Positions 36,846-48,238 of a stretch of 64,000 bases of DNA are shown here, piece after piece. Both the position numbers and the translations under genes were made by a program. Within the stretch, counting starts at the first letter, position 1; every line of letters starts with the position of its first letter. Source of the DNA: Theionarchaea archaeon. GTDB taxonomy: Archaea; Methanobacteriota_B; Thermococci; Methanofastidiosales; SZ-28-30. The DNA lies in assembly GCA_018992685.1 (NCBI GenBank), contig JACVGT010000019.1:32001-96000 (forward strand), written 5' to 3'. The notes under the pieces are model-generated. The model did no database searches, was not told where the DNA came from, and saw nothing but the letters and a program-made list of their open reading frames with translations.

Positions 36846-37595
36846 ATGGCTAGTACATCTGGTGATTTGTTGAACGCTCCATGCTTCAAAATCGAGGACA
36901 TTGAGCTGCCCACCATGATATGTGGATCAGCTCCTTTCATAGGACTTGGATACTTCGGATTCTCGGCTTTTAACTACAGAGTGAAATTCTACAATCATCC
37001 AGATAGTATGGCAGATATATTCGCCCATTTTGTCAGGCAGGGATGCAAGGGTGCACATGTCCTCTGCTATGACAATATTATCAAGGCGATAGAGATTGCA
37101 TATGAGGTAGAAAAATTCCCCATCATGGCGTCTCTGATTTCTGCAAAACCTGTAGCTTCTCAGCTCAAAGCCCTTTCTCGTCTGAAGACTGTCCTGGTCT
37201 TTGTGGATCCTTTACAGAGCGATGCCCTCGACGCGTCTGCGCTTCAGAATTCTGTCAAGTCCATACGAGATGCAGGAATGATTCCGGGTTTGGCAACGTA
37301 TACACCTGGTCACACAATCCCTGCAACTGAGAAAATGGGGCTGGATATTGCAGCATACCTCGTTCCGGTTAATAAAGAGGGGAGATACATGCACCCCACA
37401 AAAGAAAAGACGCTGGCTGCCATAGTCAGCACAGACAGGAAAATCGTCGCCATGAAGCCCCTGGCCATAGGGAAGATATCCCCTCGAGAAGGGTTCCCCT
37501 TCGTTCTGGATTACTGTGATGGATTCTGCGTGGGGTTCACCAGCAAGGAACAAGTTGACGAGGCGTATCAGGTTCTCAAAGAGATTACCCGCTAG
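36846..37595 (+). CDS. Aldo/keto-reductase-like TIM-barrel protein
   Basis: LVPVNKEG, IVAMKPLAIG; function unassigned. Confidence 0.6.
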   Translation: MASTSGDLLNAPCFKIEDIELPTMICGSAPFIGLGYFGFSAFNYRVKFYNHPDSMADIFAHFVRQGCKGAHVLCYDNIIKAIEIAYEVEKFPIMASLISAKPVASQLKALSRLKTVLVFVDPLQSDALDASALQNSVKSIRDAGMIPGLATYTPGHTIPATEKMGLDIAAYLVPVNKEGRYMHPTKEKTLAAIVSTDRKIVAMKPLAIGKISPREGFPFVLDYCDGFCVGFTSKEQVDEAYQVLKEITR

Positions 37596-37634
37596 TCTTG
37601 GATTCCTGGATTGGCAATCGAACCTTGCTGTTGG

Positions 37635-38615
37635 CTAGGTCTGAGATCTGAGAACCTCATCAATGAGTGGTGTGCAGTCCAGTGCCAGCTCAGGGTACTC
37701 TTCAATAAATGTCTTTGAGGGAACAGTATTGGTCACCAGTAAGTCCTCTCCCAGAATCCCTACGAGTCTTCTCAGATTGTCTTCTCCAGTCATTAGCGGG
37801 AGAGCATGTGTCGCAGCAAAGGCAAACCGGCTGGCACCCTTTTTCAATGTGTGTTCTCTGGTCTTCAAGAGCGTCCCTCCTGTAAGAATAAGATCATCCA
37901 CAAAGGCCAGGGCTTTCCCTTCTACAGGAACGTCTCCCAGTAGTGTACTCTCAACTGAACTCGTCCTCTTCTTCCCAAATCCATCCAGTCCCAGACGGAC
38001 CTGCGCCCCCTCATCAGGAGCCACGAGTTCAGACCCGGGAAATCTCCTCCCGATCTCTTCAAGGAGGCGAGGCACCATTGACAGATCAATGACCTTCCCC
38101 GTGGCTTTCAGCGTGTTGAACCACTCCACGTTCCAGGGGTGGGGATCTATGATGCCCACTCGAGGACAGTAGTTCAGGAACAGGTCAAGGGCATTCCGTG
38201 CTGAATTACACTCACCTGTTCTCACTGCATGATCCTGCTTTCCTGAAGGCATGCAGGTAAGAAGCAGAAAGACGTCCCTGGGATTCTCAAGGGGAGTATT
38301 CACATACCGCTTGTGACCCACTTCTTCTACTGAATGTGGATCGTTCAGCAGATGCAGGATCTGGAGGACTTCGAAGATTCGATCCTGAGTCGTGAATTTC
38401 TCCTGCTCCAATTCACCTGAATAGCTCCCTGACTGGATGACACACACGTTCTCGCCCTGAAGCTTTTCAATTTCCTCTATGCGTGTGTACAGATCACCAT
38501 TGTAAAAGAATCGTTTTCCATCATAGTTCAGCCCTGAAGTGAACACCTGATACCCCTTCTTTTCGAGGGGCGCTTTCAGATGCTCAGCCCCTGAAGCCAG
38601 AATGAGCTTCCACAT
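37635..38615 (-). CDS. Divergent PRPP-synthetase-like phosphoribosyltransferase
   Basis: VAPDEGA, FVDDLILTGGTL, ATHAL, VTNTV; start MWKLIL after an AGGTGA RBS. Confidence 0.75.
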   Translation of the reverse strand: MWKLILASGAEHLKAPLEKKGYQVFTSGLNYDGKRFFYNGDLYTRIEEIEKLQGENVCVIQSGSYSGELEQEKFTTQDRIFEVLQILHLLNDPHSVEEVGHKRYVNTPLENPRDVFLLLTCMPSGKQDHAVRTGECNSARNALDLFLNYCPRVGIIDPHPWNVEWFNTLKATGKVIDLSMVPRLLEEIGRRFPGSELVAPDEGAQVRLGLDGFGKKRTSSVESTLLGDVPVEGKALAFVDDLILTGGTLLKTREHTLKKGASRFAFAATHALPLMTGEDNLRRLVGILGEDLLVTNTVPSKTFIEEYPELALDCTPLIDEVLRSQT

Positions 38616-38619
38616 TTTC

Positions 38620-40566
38620 TCACCTTTTGAGCTCCAGGAGGCCATGCTCTTCCAGGAAGCTAAAATACCATTTCAGGAATTCCAGGGAGTTCTGCCCTGT
38701 TTCAAAGATGAGCAGCTCATTTATTTCTGAAAGTGTCCTCCTGCCATCGCTCCAGTAGACAGCCAGCGTTTCCAGAAGCCGGGATGTTTCAATTTCCCCC
38801 TGTTTTTTCTCGAACGCCTTTCGTTCTTCTAAGGACATGTCCAGGAGAACTCTGCGGGTGGAGATTGGCCCAGGGTATGTCCTCACAGGAACCCAGGTGC
38901 ATTCTTCTTGTTTCTTTTTCTCAGGAACCGTCTTATATGCTAACAATTTCTCTTTTTCAGAAGACACTACCTGATTCAGCTCCTTTTCAAGGGGCTCTGT
39001 AGAAAGTGTTGTAAGGGCCTTCACAGAACGTATGGCATGAATCTCCCTATCCAGGAGATAATCCATCTGTCCCAAGAAGTTCTGGGTCCCGTGGGGTTCT
39101 TTTTCCTTGTCTCCTTCTTTTCCCTTTTCCTTATCCTTTCCCCTTTTCCCGAGTTCATTTTCAGCCAGTATGGTAACAGCTTTCTGCACTCTATTGATGA
39201 CCCGTTCCTTGGCCTTTTCCAGGACAGTAAATGCCATCCACTGTGCTTCCTCTTCTCCTGCTGTAGCTATGAAATACGCATAGGTGGCTGTGAGAACGCC
39301 AACTCGTTTCATTGCGTCAGGATCGATCTTGTCCACTGTGTCCAGCGAAGAATGGTAAAACATGTCGGGCCATTGAATTATCATGGGGCAGGGAATCCCA
39401 ACAGAAGGATCTGATAGGACAAAGTGGTCACTTCCCCCAGAAAAAGGAGTTATCGCATGCCTGAATGTTGCGTACTTTGTGCTGTCAGAGAAATTGCCGA
39501 CCTCCTGGGTGAGCTCTCCGAATATCACCTCGGCCAGATCATTTGTGAAGGAAGGCATAGCATGAGGAGTTCTCTCCAGGAGCAGAGAAGACTTGCACAG
39601 GTCCTGGTTTTCCCCTACCATGTCCAGGTTAAGTGCTGCCACCATCCTGGGCAAGTCTTTCTCACGAGATGCAAGATACGCTACTGTACCATGGATTTCA
39701 GGCACCAGGAGAAATCGGATGCCTCTCCTTGGTTTTTTCAGCTTTCCGTCATTAATGAGATGGTTCAAACCCCTGGCCACCTCCATGAGTACACCATCTC
39801 CAGACGCATTGTCATTGGCGCTGGGCTGGGGATGGCAGAGGTGTGCTACCACTAAGACTTCCTCATCAGTCTCGCCAGGGATGAATGCATTCACGACTTC
39901 CATGTGCCCGGGGTATAATGATGACTTGATAGTTATTCTTCCTTTCACCTTCCTGTCTTGTGCCAGCAATTTCTTCAGATTCTCTCCTTGCCGGGGAGAG
40001 AGCACAAACCCAGATCCTCTCTCACCCCAGAATGAGAAGTAGTGAACAGCATCAGGAACATCAATCCGGGTTCTTCCACTGATTTCCCTGATTCCAGATG
40101 TCAGTATGGCTGCAGCCCCATAATGCAGGGCCAGATCTTTGATCTTTTCCAGAGGCAATGGTGAATGAACAATCTTCCCTTCGATATTCTGAAAATCCTT
40201 TTCATCGTCACCCTCAATATGGACGATTTCTGCTTCAACGCTCGCAGGATGACTTCTCTGTATCACTGAGGTTTTCTCATCTCTAAAATCTGCCCAGATT
40301 TTCCCATCAATTTCCAGGACAGCTGATTCAACTTTCCACTCATCGGGAAGCTGATACGACCAGTACATTGTCGTACCGTCTGCAGGAAACTCGTGCAGGT
40401 CACATTGAAGACCCCACTCCTTCATCCGGTTGCAGCACCACTGGGCTGCCTCCCTGAAATGTGGTGAAACCTGTATACGATGGAACCTCGCCACTTCGCT
40501 GGCCAGATTCTTTGCATTCCGGCCCGAAATCTCTTTCTCCACTGCGTGAAAGATGTAGTCAAACAT
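38620..40566 (-). CDS. M28-family aminopeptidase-like protein (DUF4910 type)
   Basis: AHLCHP, ANDNASG, LNLDMVG, GGSDH, YHSSLD; C-terminal winged helix. Confidence 0.85.
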   Translation of the reverse strand: MFDYIFHAVEKEISGRNAKNLASEVARFHRIQVSPHFREAAQWCCNRMKEWGLQCDLHEFPADGTTMYWSYQLPDEWKVESAVLEIDGKIWADFRDEKTSVIQRSHPASVEAEIVHIEGDDEKDFQNIEGKIVHSPLPLEKIKDLALHYGAAAILTSGIREISGRTRIDVPDAVHYFSFWGERGSGFVLSPRQGENLKKLLAQDRKVKGRITIKSSLYPGHMEVVNAFIPGETDEEVLVVAHLCHPQPSANDNASGDGVLMEVARGLNHLINDGKLKKPRRGIRFLLVPEIHGTVAYLASREKDLPRMVAALNLDMVGENQDLCKSSLLLERTPHAMPSFTNDLAEVIFGELTQEVGNFSDSTKYATFRHAITPFSGGSDHFVLSDPSVGIPCPMIIQWPDMFYHSSLDTVDKIDPDAMKRVGVLTATYAYFIATAGEEEAQWMAFTVLEKAKERVINRVQKAVTILAENELGKRGKDKEKGKEGDKEKEPHGTQNFLGQMDYLLDREIHAIRSVKALTTLSTEPLEKELNQVVSSEKEKLLAYKTVPEKKKQEECTWVPVRTYPGPISTRRVLLDMSLEERKAFEKKQGEIETSRLLETLAVYWSDGRRTLSEINELLIFETGQNSLEFLKWYFSFLEEHGLLELKR

Positions 40567-40855
40567 AAAAAAAAATGAGGACTATGGCTTATAATCGTTG
40601 CGGTTTAAGCTGTGCAATAGCAGGAGCAGGAAATATGGTATTCCGGGAATCCCTGCCCTCAGAGATACTGTCTTTTCCTGGTAAGGAGATAGCACCATAG
40701 GCTACAGGGATGTGCTGCACGAAGGCAACTCCTTCCAGGCAGTGATACAGAAAAGAACCTGCTACTTTCCCTGCCTTGGAGAAAATAAAAGTAAAAATCG
40801 TTCCAGAATGGAACAATCGTCAGGTATCTTGTGCGAGTCTTTCGGTTCATCTCTC

Positions 40856-41650
40856 CTACGTGAGTGTTATCAGCCGTCCAATCCGTCCCACGCTGAGCTG
40901 GAGTACACCTCCATATGAATCCACGTACCCATTCTCGATTCGTACCCTGTCTCCAACTCCTGCCCAGCCTACCTGCTCATTCCAGAGGACGAGTACCACT
41001 CGGCCTGTATCATCCTTGAGAGCAGCATTACTGACACTGAGCGGTTCACCCCTCCGAGAACGTACAGGGCGAGGTTCTGACTTTTCCACGATCTCACCTT
41101 CAATTGTGACATTTTTCATGCCGACCCGTAGGTCCTGCACCTTTGTCATATCATACTGGTCGGATGGGTCCCTAACTAACTGATACCAGCGCCCCCTCCA
41201 TCCAGGCTCTCCGAATTCCCAGCCTATCTGGGTGAACCCCTGCTTCTCATAAAAGTTGGAGGTCCTCACATTCCACTCAGGAGTTCCCAACGTCCACAAT
41301 TTTACGTCAGGATGGATTTCCCAGAGAATCTCACATGCTCGCGTTCCTATACCCTGTCTGTGAACCTGGGGATCCACAAAGATGCGCTCCAGCACCCTGT
41401 GCGTTTTCCCCACAACACCCACCATGATGCCTCCCACGATAGTCTCATCCATCACGATCTTGAAGTAGTCTAGAAAACTCATGAACCGTACCTGCGCCTC
41501 CGGCGAATCGTAACCCGGAGGACCTCCCGGTTCAGGGCCTGGAGATCCCACTTCAATGTCTGTATGAAATGCTCTCTTACAGATATCTGCCAGAACAGCT
41601 GCATCTTCTTCCTGCGCCAATTCCAGCCGGACAGCCTTTTCTATCTCCAT
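40856..41650 (-). CDS. GNAT acetyltransferase fused to a single OB-fold SSB/RPA-like domain
   Basis: IFVDPQVHRQGIG, NFYEKQGF; then KVQDLRVGMKNVTIEG...LKDDTGRVVLVLWNEQ...IENGYV. Confidence 0.82.
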   Translation of the reverse strand: MEIEKAVRLELAQEEDAAVLADICKRAFHTDIEVGSPGPEPGGPPGYDSPEAQVRFMSFLDYFKIVMDETIVGGIMVGVVGKTHRVLERIFVDPQVHRQGIGTRACEILWEIHPDVKLWTLGTPEWNVRTSNFYEKQGFTQIGWEFGEPGWRGRWYQLVRDPSDQYDMTKVQDLRVGMKNVTIEGEIVEKSEPRPVRSRRGEPLSVSNAALKDDTGRVVLVLWNEQVGWAGVGDRVRIENGYVDSYGGVLQLSVGRIGRLITLT

Positions 41651-41847
41651 ACTTCTCTCCCTCCTTGAAGGTGCTGTTAAGAGATATTGTCTCATCTGGA
41701 TATCTCTTGCTGCATCCTATGTCTTCCTTCATCATCTTCTGCATGAAGAGATTCTTATAAAACTTGAGGTATTCCCTTCCGCGGCCAGTCCCTGTTCTCA
41801 GTCCCTTTTCCGCAACACAGACTCTCCTGCATGAAGGGTCCATACAT

Positions 41848-42960
41848 TCACGAACTGTCACCAGGTGGCTGCTTGTTACTGACGAGATACAACCCTGCGA
41901 AAATCAACAATAATATAGAAGGGAAAAATGACACATCAATGCACATGACAAAAACTGCCAGGACAATCGCATAGTACGGGAGGTTGCGTTGGTCTTTGAG
42001 AGCCTTCCTGTATAGGGTATTCAGCCCGGCACCAAAGAACCCCATCACTCCCAGTTCAAGAATGCCACCATCGAAAATCAGAGGCCCCATAATGGTGGAA
42101 GTGATATTACATGGATACCCAAACAGAAAAGGACCAATCACACTGGAAGAACTGAAATTCGACCATAACCCACCATGTGCAATGCCCCACCATCCTGCTT
42201 CGTGCACAATAGAATGTACGACGCCACAGGTGAAAGCTGAACGGTACAGGAGCAATTCCAGAGCATTGAATTTCCAGTCCTGGTACATCACACCGAGATA
42301 TCCCATGCCCACCACCAGCAGGAACAGGGGGACTGCTGAAACAACCATGTGACGAATCCTGATCTTGTCCAGCATATACAGAGATACAAAGACCACAAGT
42401 ATCAATTCCAGAATGTAAGCTCTGTAGGTAAATAATGATAGCAGAGCCAGAGCAGCCACAAAAGATAATCCTACCCTTTTCAGATCCCACTCTCTGGTCA
42501 TGAATGCCAGTCCCAGAAACACAAAAACATATCCTGCAATAAACACGATATTGACATTTGCCTGTCTCAATTCCGGGTCAAGAGCAGGGACTCCTTTCAG
42601 TACCAGCTGGGTCAAGATCAACACGATTCCAAGGGGAAAAAACCATTTCTTATCCAGACTCTGAATTGCTGCAAGAGAACCAATTGTCACAAAGGGCAAA
42701 ATGAGTCCGGGGAGGTGATATTCCTGATACGCGTAGAAGGTGGCCAGTACCACTGTTATGGCATAGTACAGGGTTCTGCTGTCTGGAAGGACTATCTGGC
42801 ATCCTGCTATATACCAAATGAGTCCCACGCCAACAAAGAGCACGGTCCGGGGATATAAGAAGAACCTGTCAGAAACATAGGAAAAACTCAGAACTCCAAT
42901 GACCGTGTACGCCACAAATCCAACGACAAAAATGTAGGGAGACACCAGCTTGTACTGCAT
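41848..42960 (-). CDS. Multi-pass membrane protein, archaeal oligosaccharide-repeat polymerase-like
   Basis: About 10 TM segments; ITSTIMGPLIFDGG motif. Confidence 0.55.
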   Translation of the reverse strand: MQYKLVSPYIFVVGFVAYTVIGVLSFSYVSDRFFLYPRTVLFVGVGLIWYIAGCQIVLPDSRTLYYAITVVLATFYAYQEYHLPGLILPFVTIGSLAAIQSLDKKWFFPLGIVLILTQLVLKGVPALDPELRQANVNIVFIAGYVFVFLGLAFMTREWDLKRVGLSFVAALALLSLFTYRAYILELILVVFVSLYMLDKIRIRHMVVSAVPLFLLVVGMGYLGVMYQDWKFNALELLLYRSAFTCGVVHSIVHEAGWWGIAHGGLWSNFSSSSVIGPFLFGYPCNITSTIMGPLIFDGGILELGVMGFFGAGLNTLYRKALKDQRNLPYYAIVLAVFVMCIDVSFFPSILLLIFAGLYLVSNKQPPGDSS

Positions 42961-42990
42961 GCACCATCACAGGGAGTACCTTTAAAATCT

Positions 42991-44073
42991 TTACGGCAGG
43001 AAGTCCTTGTGCTCGATCTTCTCAGGAAGATACTCCTTTGCCACAAATTCAAGGCTCTTATTGGCCAGAGCCTGCTGCTCAATTCTCACTCCCAATTTCA
43101 AGCACAATTCCAGCTCTTTCTGCCATTTCTTATGTCTGAACCATTCGTAGGACTTCAGTTCCTTTATCCGTGACTTGTCAGTGTTTTTCAATTTCTCTGT
43201 CACTGAATGCAGCCCATACTGTTCAATGTCTCTCATGGTCATGCCCACGAATTTGGCATCCGGCACACTCAGTCGTTTGGAAAGGTATGCCAGATTCATA
43301 GACCCTTGTTTAATGGTGGAATAGATGTACCATCCATACGGGTCGCCATCAGTAAAGATGATAACAGGTAAGGTCCTCTCATAGTGTAATCGGTGTATCA
43401 GCCGTCTCACGCCCCGGGGAGCCTGACCCTGACAGGCAATGATGATTGCGCCATTATTCTGAGCGAATTTTTCCTCAATCAGTCGATCTGCCATGGCAGC
43501 AGTCTCTACCACCAGAATGTACTCTGCACTGACCTCAGGGAACTCAATATCTTCCACAGTACCAGGAACGGCCCATCCTCCCCTCCCCAGTCTGCTGGCA
43601 TTGAATTCATCACCATCATCTCGTATCACAATATCACCGTACATGTACCCGCGCCTGTCAGCCGTTAGATTGAGTTGCTCTCTCAGGAGATCAAGGGAGA
43701 CTTCAATGTCCTCAGCAATGGCATTGCTCTCGGTCTGATCATCAAACGTGTTCTCTCTCGATCCTGAAATACTGTGTTTCAGGGCATAGTACAGTTCACG
43801 AATGCCGGCATGCTTTCCTTCCTCCACCAGCCTCCTGCAGTAGCTGGCCACTAGCAACGTCTGCATGAACTTTCGTGTATGAGCCACATTCATGTAGTAT
43901 CTCTTGGAATGCTTGTCTCCCAGGACCAGCATTCTGCTGCTCTCGTCGAAACTGACATTACCCAATCCCCGTTGGGGAATCTTCATATAGGGACTTCTTC
44001 CCTTGTCAATCTGATCGTATACTGATAGCCCGAATTGTTCAAGGCTTTCTTCAATTTTCTTCATGATAATCAC
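42991..44073 (-). CDS. top6A: DNA topoisomerase VI subunit A
   Basis: IRELYY catalytic Tyr region, [18 protein letters not shown] motif, EQQAL. Confidence 0.96.
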   Translation of the reverse strand: MIIMKKIEESLEQFGLSVYDQIDKGRSPYMKIPQRGLGNVSFDESSRMLVLGDKHSKRYYMNVAHTRKFMQTLLVASYCRRLVEEGKHAGIRELYYALKHSISGSRENTFDDQTESNAIAEDIEVSLDLLREQLNLTADRRGYMYGDIVIRDDGDEFNASRLGRGGWAVPGTVEDIEFPEVSAEYILVVETAAMADRLIEEKFAQNNGAIIIACQGQAPRGVRRLIHRLHYERTLPVIIFTDGDPYGWYIYSTIKQGSMNLAYLSKRLSVPDAKFVGMTMRDIEQYGLHSVTEKLKNTDKSRIKELKSYEWFRHKKWQKELELCLKLGVRIEQQALANKSLEFVAKEYLPEKIEHKDFLP

Positions 44074-45626
44074 TCCGCCTGTTCACCATATTTCTTGGCA
44101 ATGACTGCATACAGCTTCTCTTCCACAGAAGAGTTCTTTTCCATCTTGATAAGGTTGCTCAGAGCGCGTGCAGTCTCTGGAGCATACTTACGGAGAGTAT
44201 CCCGTTTCTTCTTCTTCTCGTGAGCCCGTCTCTTTCCTCTGAGAAAACTCTTCAGGGATCTGCCTGCATCCATGACTCCATTCCTGATTTCAGAGTAGAT
44301 CTCCTCTTCCATGGCGACGGCCTGCTTCCCTGCAGACGTGTAGGGGATGTGTGTGGAAACCAGGTTAATAAAGAGGGTCAGAGGTGTCTTGTCCTCTTCT
44401 TTCACTCCATACCGCTTCCATTCTACAGAGTTTACTGCTTCAGTAATAGCACAGCCTCCCTGGTCAAAAATGAGAGGTGCGCTATTGGCGTAGCGAATAA
44501 TGTCGATACCATTGGTGGAGTTGTGGTTTCCCCCATATGCAACGCCCACTTCTACAATAAAGGGAATTCCTCCTTTGTAGGTGACTGCAGAGCGGGTGGT
44601 GGCATACACAAACTCTGGGTCTATGGTGGATTCCAGGCCCTTCCTCACATTCTCATCTCCTATGGCGATCAGTCCTTCTGTAGGTGGTGCCATGAATTTC
44701 ACCTGACTGAAGGCCTGCACCAGCTCTTCTGCTTCCTTCCAGGTCAGCTTGCCGGGATTCTTGCCCAGAGAAAAGGAAATCAACTTCTCTATATCTCTCA
44801 GGCGAGTCTTACTTATGCGAACGAAATCATTGAGGAGAAATGAGGAAACGGTTCTCTTATCCGTATGCCTGGCCATCAAGAGCATGTCATGAGGAGAAAT
44901 TCCCTGCGGGTGGGGTTTGATCTCCTTGGGAGATTTAGGAATTGTGGTGATGCTGCGCTCGAAGAGGAGCTTTGAGCCATCGGGCTCGACAAACGTGATG
45001 GTAGCATGAGGGTTGGAAATGGATGTCATCCGCAAGTAATTGTACGGGCTATACCGGGATTTGTTGTACAGCACTTTCTTGGCCTCAACCAAGAGCTTTG
45101 TCCCCCTCCACTTCTCGTCATTCTTCCGTTTTTTCTTGTGGACAATTCTCCCGATGTTGTGTTCCACATCAATCTGTACTTCGCATTTTACGATATGTGA
45201 ATCGCCGGTAGAAGTAATGACAACTGAGGGTTTCCCAGTGGTAACCTGAGAGTACATGACTGCGCCCGAAATGCCGATTCCCTGCTGGCCCCGGGACTGG
45301 ATATTACGGTGGGCTTTACTTCCTGCCAGCATGCGTCCAAAGACCTCCGGAATATAACCCAAGGGAATGCCTGATGCATTATCCTCAATGGCAACCCTGT
45401 AGTGCTCGCTACCCAGTTCCTCAATTTCAACTCTGATATCGGGGAGAATTCGTGCATCTTCGCACGCATCCAGTGCATTGGTTACTCCTTCGTGGATCAA
45501 GGTGGTCAACGAGCGAATCTTCCCCGTGTAGCCCAGCATGGCTGCATTCTTCCTGAAGAATTCGGAAACACTCTGCACCCTGAAATCCTTGAAGATGTCA
45601 TTAGCGTGACGGCTTTCCTGATTCAT
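44070..45626 (-). CDS. top6B: DNA topoisomerase VI subunit B
   Basis: [29 protein letters not shown] (GHKL ATPase). Confidence 0.96.
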   Translation of the reverse strand: MNQESRHANDIFKDFRVQSVSEFFRKNAAMLGYTGKIRSLTTLIHEGVTNALDACEDARILPDIRVEIEELGSEHYRVAIEDNASGIPLGYIPEVFGRMLAGSKAHRNIQSRGQQGIGISGAVMYSQVTTGKPSVVITSTGDSHIVKCEVQIDVEHNIGRIVHKKKRKNDEKWRGTKLLVEAKKVLYNKSRYSPYNYLRMTSISNPHATITFVEPDGSKLLFERSITTIPKSPKEIKPHPQGISPHDMLLMARHTDKRTVSSFLLNDFVRISKTRLRDIEKLISFSLGKNPGKLTWKEAEELVQAFSQVKFMAPPTEGLIAIGDENVRKGLESTIDPEFVYATTRSAVTYKGGIPFIVEVGVAYGGNHNSTNGIDIIRYANSAPLIFDQGGCAITEAVNSVEWKRYGVKEEDKTPLTLFINLVSTHIPYTSAGKQAVAMEEEIYSEIRNGVMDAGRSLKSFLRGKRRAHEKKKKRDTLRKYAPETARALSNLIKMEKNSSVEEKLYAVIAKKYGEQAE

Positions 45627-45783
45627 GAAGATACCTCATTTGTAGTAATTCCGATCTTTTCATGGTTTACGTAATATTCTACTGTTTCATCTTTTCGGGC
45701 ATACCTTATAAAATTTGCGGTAGTGCAGGAGAAAAGTGAAAATCGCAGAGAGTGCACCGTCGGAAGGCGATGACAAGACGTTC

Positions 45784-46155
45784 TCAACCCTTCCTGGTAA
45801 CCAGCACATCTTCCTTTTCTAACAAATAGTAAATCGTTCTCCTGGGAATTCTTAATCTCCTGGAGATTTCAGTTATTGGCGTACCTTCCTTCAAAAGCCT
45901 GGAAATCTCCTTGATATCCTGTTCTGTGTAGCGAGGGGGTCTTCCCACTGGAATATCTCCTTTCTGTAGGGAGACACGGGCTTTCTCCAGGTAGGCCCTG
46001 ACTCGCTGAGAAGTCTGGACAAAAATGCTGGGAGGCAGGATGACGACCTTGAGGTTTTCTCCATGCTCCAGGAGGGCCAAAAGCACATCCATACCCAGAA
46101 TACGTGGAACATATACCCTTCTTTCTGAGAATCCTTCCTTGATCTCAGCGATCAA
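45784..46155 (-). CDS. Small protein with C-terminal resolvase-type HTH (DUF1699-like)
   Basis: VGRPPRY...PITEISRRLRIPRRTIYYLL. Confidence 0.65.
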   Translation of the reverse strand: MIAEIKEGFSERRVYVPRILGMDVLLALLEHGENLKVVILPPSIFVQTSQRVRAYLEKARVSLQKGDIPVGRPPRYTEQDIKEISRLLKEGTPITEISRRLRIPRRTIYYLLEKEDVLVTRKG

Positions 46156-46188
46156 TGCCTCCTTATTTCTGGACTCAAAGACTTTAAT

Positions 46189-46944
46189 TCAGGATTCCCC
46201 CTTGATTGCTCTTACTATGGGAGACAATACACGTTCAATGTTCTCTGCCTTCTCTATGATGGTGCCTGTCACCACAATATCTGCCCCTGCTTTTACCACC
46301 CGGGAGGCCTGTTCTGGGGTGCGAATTCCTCCTCCCACCACAATAGGAATATCCACCATCATCCGCACCATGGAAATCATGCTGTCAGGTACTGGCTCTG
46401 AAGCACCCGACCCTGCCTCCAGATAGATCAGGTCCATGCCCATGAACTGAGCAGCTAGGGCATAGGCAGCTGCTATCTTGGGTTTCCTCCGTGGGATAGC
46501 ATCGGCCTCAGCTACCCATCCCACTGTTTCCCCGGGCTCCACCACAAGGTACCCCATGGGCAGTGGTTCCAACTGGAACATTTTCACAGAATATGCCCCC
46601 AGGGCCTGGGCCTTCGTGATGAAGTAGGGATTTCTAGAGTTCAGAATACTCATGAAGAAGATGGCATCTGCATACGAAGAAACTGCAGACCAATTACCGG
46701 GGAAAATGATCACTGGCAGGGTACAGCCCTTCTTGATGCCCTTAATGGTGAGATCATTAATCTGCCCTACTGCAGAGCTAGAACCCCCCACCATGATGGC
46801 GTCACATCCTGCCTTTTCAATGGCAGCAGCCATTTTGTCAACAGTTTCAATATCCACTCCATCGGGGTCAATCAGGGCAAAATGAAGCTTTTCCGTGGCA
46901 AGCTTCCTGGCAATGTAGTCAGAGACCTTTCCCATGACCTTCAC
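46189..46944 (-). CDS. Geranylgeranylglyceryl phosphate synthase
   Basis: [33 protein letters not shown]. Confidence 0.93.
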   Translation of the reverse strand: MKVMGKVSDYIARKLATEKLHFALIDPDGVDIETVDKMAAAIEKAGCDAIMVGGSSSAVGQINDLTIKGIKKGCTLPVIIFPGNWSAVSSYADAIFFMSILNSRNPYFITKAQALGAYSVKMFQLEPLPMGYLVVEPGETVGWVAEADAIPRRKPKIAAAYALAAQFMGMDLIYLEAGSGASEPVPDSMISMVRMMVDIPIVVGGGIRTPEQASRVVKAGADIVVTGTIIEKAENIERVLSPIVRAIKGES

Positions 46945-47084
46945 GCCCTGCGTTCTTTTGCCTTGGGCCTGAGTTTATCATATCCACATTTTCTGCATCG
47001 CTTCGCCCGCCAGGCGTTTCTGGCATTGCACTTCATACAGATTCTCACGTTGAACAGTCTTTTCTGAGCTTCAGGTGATTTCAA
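46941..47084 (-). CDS. rpl40e: 50S ribosomal protein L40e
   Basis: Hand translation, TTG start: [47 protein letters not shown]; not in the ORF track. Confidence 0.93.
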   Translation of the reverse strand: MKSPEAQKRLFNVRICMKCNARNAWRAKRCRKCGYDKLRPKAKERRA

Positions 47085-47088
47085 ATTC

Positions 47089-47580
47089 TCACTCTCCTAA
47101 GTATGTTTGCTGAATACTGATGACTTCCTTGCTGGATTGAGCTTGGGCATACGATTCAAGCAATTCTTGGTTCAGACGCATAAAAGTCTTTCCCCACCTG
47201 AACTTCGAGAGGATACTTAAAGCTTTCGACTTTTCCTCCAGAATGTACAGAGCAGCAGCGAGAGCTTCCGCTGTAGACAGCTTGGTGGGCTTGCCGAAGT
47301 TCACAGGGTTTGCTGCCACAAGGTAAGGGAGGGCTCTCCTGTGTCTGAACTTCTTGGTGAACTGGGGTTTCCTATTCCAGGAATAGTCCAGGGCTGTCAA
47401 AGAAGAGTACATGGCATCTTCAGGGGAGAGGGCTCTGATACTGAATGGATCCAAGACAAGGGTGGAATAGGGGATCTCCCGGAATGAATGAACAATAGTA
47501 ACTAGGTTGAATTTAGCAAGCCGAAGAGCGGTGCATTTCTTTGGGTCGCAGTGTCCAGCGTGATAAACATAAATATTCAC
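47089..47580 (-). CDS. tsr3: 16S rRNA aminocarboxypropyltransferase
   Basis: [36 protein letters not shown]. Confidence 0.93.
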   Translation of the reverse strand: MNIYVYHAGHCDPKKCTALRLAKFNLVTIVHSFREIPYSTLVLDPFSIRALSPEDAMYSSLTALDYSWNRKPQFTKKFRHRRALPYLVAANPVNFGKPTKLSTAEALAAALYILEEKSKALSILSKFRWGKTFMRLNQELLESYAQAQSSKEVISIQQTYLGE

Positions 47581-47904
47581 AGATTCACAAAAGAAGGAAC
47601 CTTTTTAAAGTTCACCGTTCTCCATCTCGGAAGAACGTGGACTGTGAGTGTGGGATTTTGAATACCTTCACTCTGTGTACGCCGGCCAGCTGATTATCTC
47701 CATATGTTGTTTCTTCTCCCAGGTGCGAGAAGCTCTCCACAATAGTTCCTGGTGGAAGCAATGCCCAGAACGGTGCAACCCCCTGGAATGACCACAGTGC
47801 TCATGATGTGTGAGAGCCCATACCGAGGCTGCCCAGTCCAGGAATCAGCCAAAAGATATATATTACTTAAACGCAGGATGAAGAGGTAGAAAAGAACCGT
47901 CGAA

Positions 47905-48144
47905 TTGGAGATGTACATCATGAACTGGCTCGGCAAAATTGGGGTTACGCTTTTCCTGGCAGGGTGGACGTGCTTCTTCAGTATGTTTGTTGCTGCATTC
48001 CTGGGAGGTCCGAAGTTTCTGTTCCAGATTCTCCTCATGGGATTTTCCTTGGATGCCTTTCTGGGATTTGTTCTTATGTTCATATCGGTCTTGTATGATC
48101 GGTACAGGCAGTTGAAAACCGAAGAGATTCACCCCCGGATCTAG
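47905..48144 (+). CDS. Small two-TM hypothetical protein
   Basis: Two hydrophobic helices and a charged tail; start may be a few codons later. Confidence 0.6.
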   Translation: MEMYIMNWLGKIGVTLFLAGWTCFFSMFVAAFLGGPKFLFQILLMGFSLDAFLGFVLMFISVLYDRYRQLKTEEIHPRI

Positions 48145-48238
48145 GGATGATGCTGAAGGTGTGAGAACACGTTCTCAATGGCGCTCCTGGGTGCAGAGAG
48201 GAGAACAACCTTTTTAACATTTGACAAAACACTGTTTC

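Noticed and set aside
47600-47860. Possible RNase P, SRP or C/D-box RNA upstream of tsr3
   Set aside because: Diagnostic conserved motifs not found
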